From a virus (Duplodnaviria > Caudoviricetes): a stretch of DNA of 27,487 bases. A program made the translations under genes and the position numbers. Under the pieces are notes generated by a model. That model did no database searches. It saw only the letters and a list, made by a program, of their open reading frames with translations, and was not told where the DNA came from. The stretch's first letter is position 1. Each line of letters opens with the position of its first letter. Positions 23,536 through 27,487 of this stretch are shown in pieces. The stretch is taken from positions 1-27,487 of IMG/VR virus record IMGVR_UViG_3300044723_004238. One strand, given 5' to 3'.

Positions 23536-23824
23536 TGATCTTGGTGTTGTGTAGTTCTGCCTTCTCCTTTGCCCACTCGCGCTCCCTGCGGTCGGCGCAG
23601 CGTCTCAGGTAATTGGTGCGGAAGTCCTCCATGTTTTCGCGTCCCTCGAAGGATAGACCGTGGTCAAACCAGAAGTCCACGGCATCCTTGAAGTCCTGCC
23701 CAGATCCCGGCTCGATGTTGCCGACGAGCGCCTCCTTCTCGTTGTAGGTCAGGCTCCGCTTCAATCGCCTCTGGATGTATCCGATGGCTTTCGCGTCGAT
23801 GCTGTTCGGGACAAGTGCCTTCAT
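23510..23824 (-). CDS. Hypothetical protein, first clear gene of the leftward arm
   Basis: ATG ORF with charged helical composition; the frame is open upstream to a TGA at 23950-23948. Confidence 0.65.
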   Translation of the reverse strand: MKALVPNSIDAKAIGYIQRRLKRSLTYNEKEALVGNIEPGSGQDFKDAVDFWFDHGLSFEGRENMEDFRTNYLRRCADRREREWAKEKAELHNTKIIDLFDVSI

Positions 23825-24171
23825 ATCCTTATTGAGAAAGTAGCCATTGTCAGCAATTCGGTAAATCCTTCGCCTGGTGCTGTGTGTGGCTTCTTTTTGG
23901 ATTTGTTTTGTTCTGTCTCTCAGGATACGGTGCGTTAACCCTGAATGTCAAAAGGGTACAACAGGGGTTATATAAAGCCGAAAGAACGCCGCCCCTGTGT
24001 GCTGTTCGGGATTCGTTGCCTGCATCCCCAACGTGTTTCGGTTGACCTCCTGCACCTCGAACGGCTCCGCTTCCATAACCACGGACACCTGTTGCATCAG
24101 CCACCACCATGATAATCGTGTGCCAACGATCGGTTCAAGCCCAGAAACTGTGCAATTGTACAAAGATGATC

Positions 24172-24269
24172 GGTTTGTGTGAACTGTCTGTGAAGGACGT
24201 GATTATGTCAAAAAAAAGCCCGACCTTCATATCAACAAACGGCGCAAGCCATCACAAACCGAGAGAGAC
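24172..24269 (+). promoter_or_regulatory. Early promoter/leader cassette, copy B (at the divergence of the two arms)
   Basis: TGTGAA-N5-TGTGAA-N26-CGACCTTCATATCAACAAAC-GGC(GCAA)GCC-ATCACAAACC-GAGAGAGAC-A-ATG. Confidence 0.75.
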
Positions 24270-24270
24270 A

Positions 24271-24495
24271 ATGACCATTTGCGAACCTTCGCCGCTCAAT
24301 AGCCGGGACCAGTTCATCGCACTTGTTGATTCCGCTATTCTTGAGGGACACGCCGTTCAGATTGATCTGAGCAAAGCGCCTGCCTCCCACTTCGTTTACC
24401 TTCGCAAACTGTACGCAGCAGGCAAAATTGACCGATGCTCTGATGAGTGGATGGGCGTGATAACCTTCGCCGCACCTGAAGTTGCACATCGATAG
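24271..24495 (+). CDS. Hypothetical early protein (74 aa)
   Basis: Start moved to the ATG following GAGAGAGACA. Confidence 0.7.
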   Translation: MTICEPSPLNSRDQFIALVDSAILEGHAVQIDLSKAPASHFVYLRKLYAAGKIDRCSDEWMGVITFAAPEVAHR

Positions 24496-24521
24496 TTAAA
24501 TCGTTGAACCAAGAACAACCC

Positions 24522-24539
24522 GCCGCCCCGTAAGGCGGC
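24522..24539 (+). promoter_or_regulatory. Intergenic hairpin GCCGCC-CCGTAA-GGCGGC
   Basis: Perfect 6-bp stem, same loop as the 1705-1732 terminator, no U-tract; precedes an AGAGAGAGACAATG leader. Confidence 0.55.
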
Positions 24540-24557
24540 ACAACCAAGAGAGAGACA

Positions 24558-24818
24558 ATGGGAAAGAGAGATATGCTTTATAGAGCAGGATACAAATCCG
24601 GTGGTAGTGTCATGTTAAGCGATTCAAAAGAGTGCATTGATGACGAATCATGGCACGAAAGAAACTTGCGCCTTAGAAAAATAGAATCAGAAAGAGCCTA
24701 TCACTACCGCTTCGTCGTATACATCGTTAATGCAAAAGACACACCTCTCAGCGAGTCCGTATTTAACAAGGGATTTAGGGACGGATTGAAAGGTGCGGGG
24801 TATGGAATCAATAAGTAA
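24558..24818 (+). CDS. Hypothetical early protein (86 aa)
   Basis: AGAGAGAGACA-ATG leader; visibly AT-richer than the late arm. Confidence 0.7.
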   Translation: MGKRDMLYRAGYKSGGSVMLSDSKECIDDESWHERNLRLRKIESERAYHYRFVVYIVNAKDTPLSESVFNKGFRDGLKGAGYGINK

Positions 24819-24848
24819 TACACAGATCAACCAGAAAACAACGGACCA

Positions 24849-25112
24849 ATGAGACCATTACAAAAAGCAGGTTTTTATCAGGGAATCTATCGCCTCAAAG
24901 ATAGCCTACTGATTAGGCGTACAGATGGTTACACCATCAAGTTAGGCGATAGGGGTACAAACGGATTTGGCTCTCAGCACTTTCTTGCTGATAAAGATCG
25001 ATACATCGGCAATTTTTACGGCAAGCAAAGATTTAGTGATGCAGGTATTGAATATGAAGCCGTGTGGGATGGAGAAAAATCTGTAGCCATAATTCTAAAA
25101 AATACTAAGTAA
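24849..25112 (+). CDS. Hypothetical early protein (87 aa)
   Basis: CCAATG start, AT-rich ORF. Confidence 0.7.
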   Translation: MRPLQKAGFYQGIYRLKDSLLIRRTDGYTIKLGDRGTNGFGSQHFLADKDRYIGNFYGKQRFSDAGIEYEAVWDGEKSVAIILKNTK

Positions 25113-25124
25113 GCCATCAAGCCA

Positions 25125-25244
25125 ATGACAAAGACACAACTACTCCGCAAGGTCGAGCGCCTGTTTGACATCCCTGACAAAGTGTTCTATTGGACGCTCG
25201 CGATCGGGATCGCCTACTTCATCATCAGAACCATCATCGGATAA
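25125..25244 (+). CDS. Small membrane protein (39 aa)
   Basis: Not in ORF track. MTKTQLLRKVERLFDIPDKVFYWTLAIGIAYFIIRTIIG; CCAATG start; TAATG overlap with the next gene. Confidence 0.65.
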   Translation: MTKTQLLRKVERLFDIPDKVFYWTLAIGIAYFIIRTIIG

Positions 25245-25405
25245 TGGCACCCAAAATGGACAAGGATATGTTAGATATATCCACTTATACGAACGGAAAA
25301 AAGGGAGACCTTTCATGGTGGTTCGAATGGTGCAAGGACGAAGATCCTCAGACCTTTTGGGACCGCCGATATGAAAAACGAAAAGCCAAACAAAAAACCC
25401 AATGA
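25244..25405 (+). CDS. Small hypothetical protein (53 aa)
   Basis: Start moved to ATG 25244; coupled at both ends. Confidence 0.6.
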   Translation: MAPKMDKDMLDISTYTNGKKGDLSWWFEWCKDEDPQTFWDRRYEKRKAKQKTQ

Positions 25406-25587
25406 GTTACGACGAACTGACCATCTTTGCGGCAGGATTCCTGACCGCCGCCGTGGTGATCTCGATCATTACGCTGTTAGTAACGGTAGCAGACAAGCCA
25501 AAAAGCGCAACCTTCTCAGGTAGCGATGTGGAGATGCTGAACCGACTGCTTGACGAGAACAACGTACAACTAACCAATAAAGACTGA
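25402..25587 (+). CDS. Small membrane protein (61 aa)
   Basis: Hydrophobic 'LTIFAAGFLTAAVVISIITLLVTV'; ATGA and TGATG overlaps. Confidence 0.7.
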   Translation: MSYDELTIFAAGFLTAAVVISIITLLVTVADKPKSATFSGSDVEMLNRLLDENNVQLTNKD

Positions 25588-25868
25588 TGTACTACAACAC
25601 AACAAGAGAGACAGGCGAGCAACTGGCAACCTCAACCCAGTCAGCCGCATCACAGACGAAGCGCATCCTCGACCTGTTCAGGTCCATGCCTAACACATCC
25701 ATCCATGCGTGGACCATCAAGACCTTCTTACGTGGCGATGTGCCGATCACCAGCGTTAGGCGAGCCATCACGGACCTGCACGATGCAGCGAAGATAGAGC
25801 GGGATGGGTCAGCCTACGCCGGACCGTACCGCCGCAAGACGTACACGTACCGATACCTTCGGGACTGA
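25587..25868 (+). CDS. Winged helix-turn-helix DNA-binding protein
   Basis: 'QTKRILDLF...AWTI...PITSVRRAITDLHDAAKIER...G.Y....YTY' wHTH pattern. Confidence 0.7.
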   Translation: MYYNTTRETGEQLATSTQSAASQTKRILDLFRSMPNTSIHAWTIKTFLRGDVPITSVRRAITDLHDAAKIERDGSAYAGPYRRKTYTYRYLRD

Positions 25869-25869
25869 T

Positions 25870-25962
25870 TGTGAAAGGTTTGTGAGGTAGTAGAATAATT
25901 CCAAATAAAGCGCGACCTTTGTATAAACAAAACGGCGCGAGCCATAACCAACCGAGAGAGAC
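25870..25962 (+). promoter_or_regulatory. Early promoter/leader cassette, copy C
   Basis: TGTGAA-N5-TGTGAG-N26-CGACCTTTGTATAAACAAAAC-GGC(GCGA)GCC-ATAACCAACC-GAGAGAGAC-A-ATG. Confidence 0.75.
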
Positions 25963-25963
25963 A

Positions 25964-26155
25964 ATGACACAGAGAGAGACGGACAACTTCGATACCTACT
26001 ACGACGAGATTGCCGACGAGCGGTACGAGATGTGGAAGGAGAAGAAAGAAATACCGCAACTGCGGACGATCGATACCACATCCCTTCGGCGCAGCCTTGA
26101 CCGCATGGCGGCAATCATTAAAGAGATGGACGAGGTAGACAATGGAAACGCATGA
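25964..26155 (+). CDS. Hypothetical early protein (63 aa)
   Basis: Start moved to the ATG following GAGAGAGACA. Confidence 0.68.
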   Translation: MTQRETDNFDTYYDEIADERYEMWKEKKEIPQLRTIDTTSLRRSLDRMAAIIKEMDEVDNGNA

Positions 26156-26288
26156 TGATTGGTATCAAGATATTCGCAGGCGCGAGCGTGAGCGGATCTT
26201 GGAGATAATGCAGAACAACCCAGAAGGGCGAACAACCGAGCAAACAGAAAACAAGAAGGAGAGGGAAACCAATGAGCGGAATCGTTAA
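26142..26288 (+). CDS. Small charged hypothetical protein (48 aa)
   Basis: Not in ORF track. GAGGTAGACA-ATG; METHDDWYQDIRRRERERILEIMQNNPEGRTTEQTENKKERETNERNR; overlaps both neighbours. Confidence 0.6.
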   Translation: METHDDWYQDIRRRERERILEIMQNNPEGRTTEQTENKKERETNERNR

Positions 26289-26772
26289 CATACACGGCAA
26301 GCAGTACAAGACCGTGGCGCTACGTGTGAGCGAGTTTAGGGAAGGCTATCCAATCGACGATGGCTGGGGCATTGAAACCCAGTGCTACGCCGTTGACGCA
26401 CAGACGGTCATCATGCGAGCCATCATAACAGATCCGCAGGGTCGCGTGGTGGCTACTGGCTACGCCGAAGAAGAACGCTCGCAGCGCGGCATCAATAGCA
26501 CATCAGCCCTTGAAAACTCGGAGACAAGCGCCATCGGACGCGCTCTGGCAGCCGCAGGCTACGCTGGGACCGAATACGCGAGTGCCGACGAAGTAGCGCA
26601 GGCGGTCAGTAAGCAGGCGAAGCAGGGTCCACGCGAGGCAACGCAGAAGCAGAAGAACTTCGCATGGTCGCTTATCAAGAAGCTGCCAGAGGACAAGCAG
26701 GCAGCATACATCGAACAGGCAAAGTCAGCAGACGCGACCGCCCTGTCTAAACTGATCGAGGAACTGAAATGA
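26272..26772 (+). CDS. Rad52/Sak-like single-strand annealing protein
   Basis: 'VNIHGKQYKTVALRV..FR', 'ATGYAEE', 'INSTSALENSETSAIGRAL', C-terminal 'ATQKQ...A...LSKLIEEL'. Confidence 0.8.
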   Translation: MSGIVNIHGKQYKTVALRVSEFREGYPIDDGWGIETQCYAVDAQTVIMRAIITDPQGRVVATGYAEEERSQRGINSTSALENSETSAIGRALAAAGYAGTEYASADEVAQAVSKQAKQGPREATQKQKNFAWSLIKKLPEDKQAAYIEQAKSADATALSKLIEELK

Positions 26773-27023
26773 ACACAAGCAACGGAACGCACCGAGAAGC
26801 AATAAACGTACAGATTCGGCAAGCCGTGGTGATGATACACAAGAGGATCAAGGAATCAGCGCTCGGCATGCAAGAAGCCGAAGCGTTTTGGGACGGGAAA
26901 GACGAAGGGTATTTTGAGGGATTTGGGGACGGGCTGAACGCTGCGAAACTACACATTGAGGATGCTATGCAAGCGTTTGTCGATGGCGAGTTGATAGAAC
27001 CTATACTTGAAGTGCAACAATGA
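26769..27023 (+). CDS. Hypothetical protein (84 aa)
   Basis: ATGA overlaps at both ends. Confidence 0.7.
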   Translation: MNTSNGTHREAINVQIRQAVVMIHKRIKESALGMQEAEAFWDGKDEGYFEGFGDGLNAAKLHIEDAMQAFVDGELIEPILEVQQ

Positions 27024-27313
27024 TTAAAACCATAGGCGAACGCTCGCAGATACTAAAGGAAGCCGTGGCAATCGCAACAGGTGTTGACATCTCGGACTTC
27101 TTGAATGGCAACACCAAACGCGAGGAGCGGATGGCTCGCCGCCTTGCTGTCGATTTATACTTTCACAACCTCGGATTCATGGGCACGAAATGGATCGGCA
27201 GGCAGCTCGGTATTGAGTGGGTTGATCACAACAGAGGCAAGCTATTCGTGAGCAAGCTCACCCACGAATACGCACAACACTTGTATGATAAAATGGTTAA
27301 AGAGGCATCATGA
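27020..27313 (+). CDS. Hypothetical protein (97 aa), possibly HTH-like
   Basis: ATGA overlaps; 'AVAIATGV...ARRLAV...IGRQLG...DH' loosely recalls a DnaA C-terminal HTH. Confidence 0.6.
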   Translation: MIKTIGERSQILKEAVAIATGVDISDFLNGNTKREERMARRLAVDLYFHNLGFMGTKWIGRQLGIEWVDHNRGKLFVSKLTHEYAQHLYDKMVKEAS

Positions 27314-27420
27314 AGCTACATTGGACAGAGGAGCCGCAGTCTACACCCGAACAGGATGCACTCGTGTGGCGTGTTAAGGCGTGGGCAATACTAACCATTA
27401 AAAGGTGGCTAAAGCGATGA
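27310..27420 (+). CDS. Small hypothetical protein (36 aa) spanning the circular junction
   Basis: Not in ORF track. MKLHWTEEPQSTPEQDALVWRVKAWAILTIKRWLKR; ATGA overlaps at both ends. Confidence 0.55.
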   Translation: MKLHWTEEPQSTPEQDALVWRVKAWAILTIKRWLKR

Positions 27421-27487
27421 CACTCTTAGAACAACAGGTCTTTGCCGATGTTGGGAAGGCATTGGAAAACTGTACGCAGAAAGAAAA
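27375..27487. repeat. Direct terminal repeat, right copy
   Basis: Identical to 1-113. Confidence 0.97.

Noticed and set aside
23948-23950. Genome-wide TGA recoding (alternative genetic code)
   Set aside because: Many well-supported genes end in TGA, TAG or TAA with clean ATGA/TAATG overlaps, and conserved genes are uninterrupted under code 11.
1212-25962. CRISPR array or mobile-element repeats from the three cassette copies
   Set aside because: The copies are dispersed and imperfect, with no regular spacers, no cas or transposase genes, and no target-site duplications.

Overview
The window looks like a complete, circularly assembled 27,374-bp genome of a small siphovirus-type tailed phage. 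Bases 1-113 are repeated exactly at 27375-27487. The minus strand (about 23.8 kb down to 1.8 kb) carries one long late/morphogenesis operon. In order it holds a holin, an amidase endolysin, TerS, a PBSX-type TerL, the portal, MuF/gp7, several accessory genes, a DUF3140-like/protease/major-capsid fusion, a tRNA-like RNA, head-tail genes, a glycosyltransferase, the tail tube, frameshifting tail chaperones, the tape measure, hub and fibre genes, and a metallophosphoesterase. The plus strand (24.2 kb through the junction to 1.7 kb) carries small early genes, including a Rad52/Sak-like annealing protein, a Gp157/Gam-like protein, a VRR-NUC nuclease and a winged-helix protein, with three copies of a ~95-bp promoter/leader cassette. 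I recognised no integrase, repressor, helicase, primase or polymerase. Most notable: (1) a tRNA-shaped RNA directly after the capsid gene whose anticodon arm is a UUUUCUCUCUCUGG tract complementary to the GAGAGAGAC(AAUG) motif at early-gene starts; (2) a probable -1 frameshift fusing portal to MuF; (3) the three-part DUF3140-protease-capsid ORF; (4) a glycosyltransferase inside the tail module and a signal-peptide protein inside the head module. Several weak clues suggest an FCB-group host (Bacteroidota/Rhodothermota/Balneolota); this is inference only. All protein assignments come from motif recognition by eye and gene order, not from database searches.
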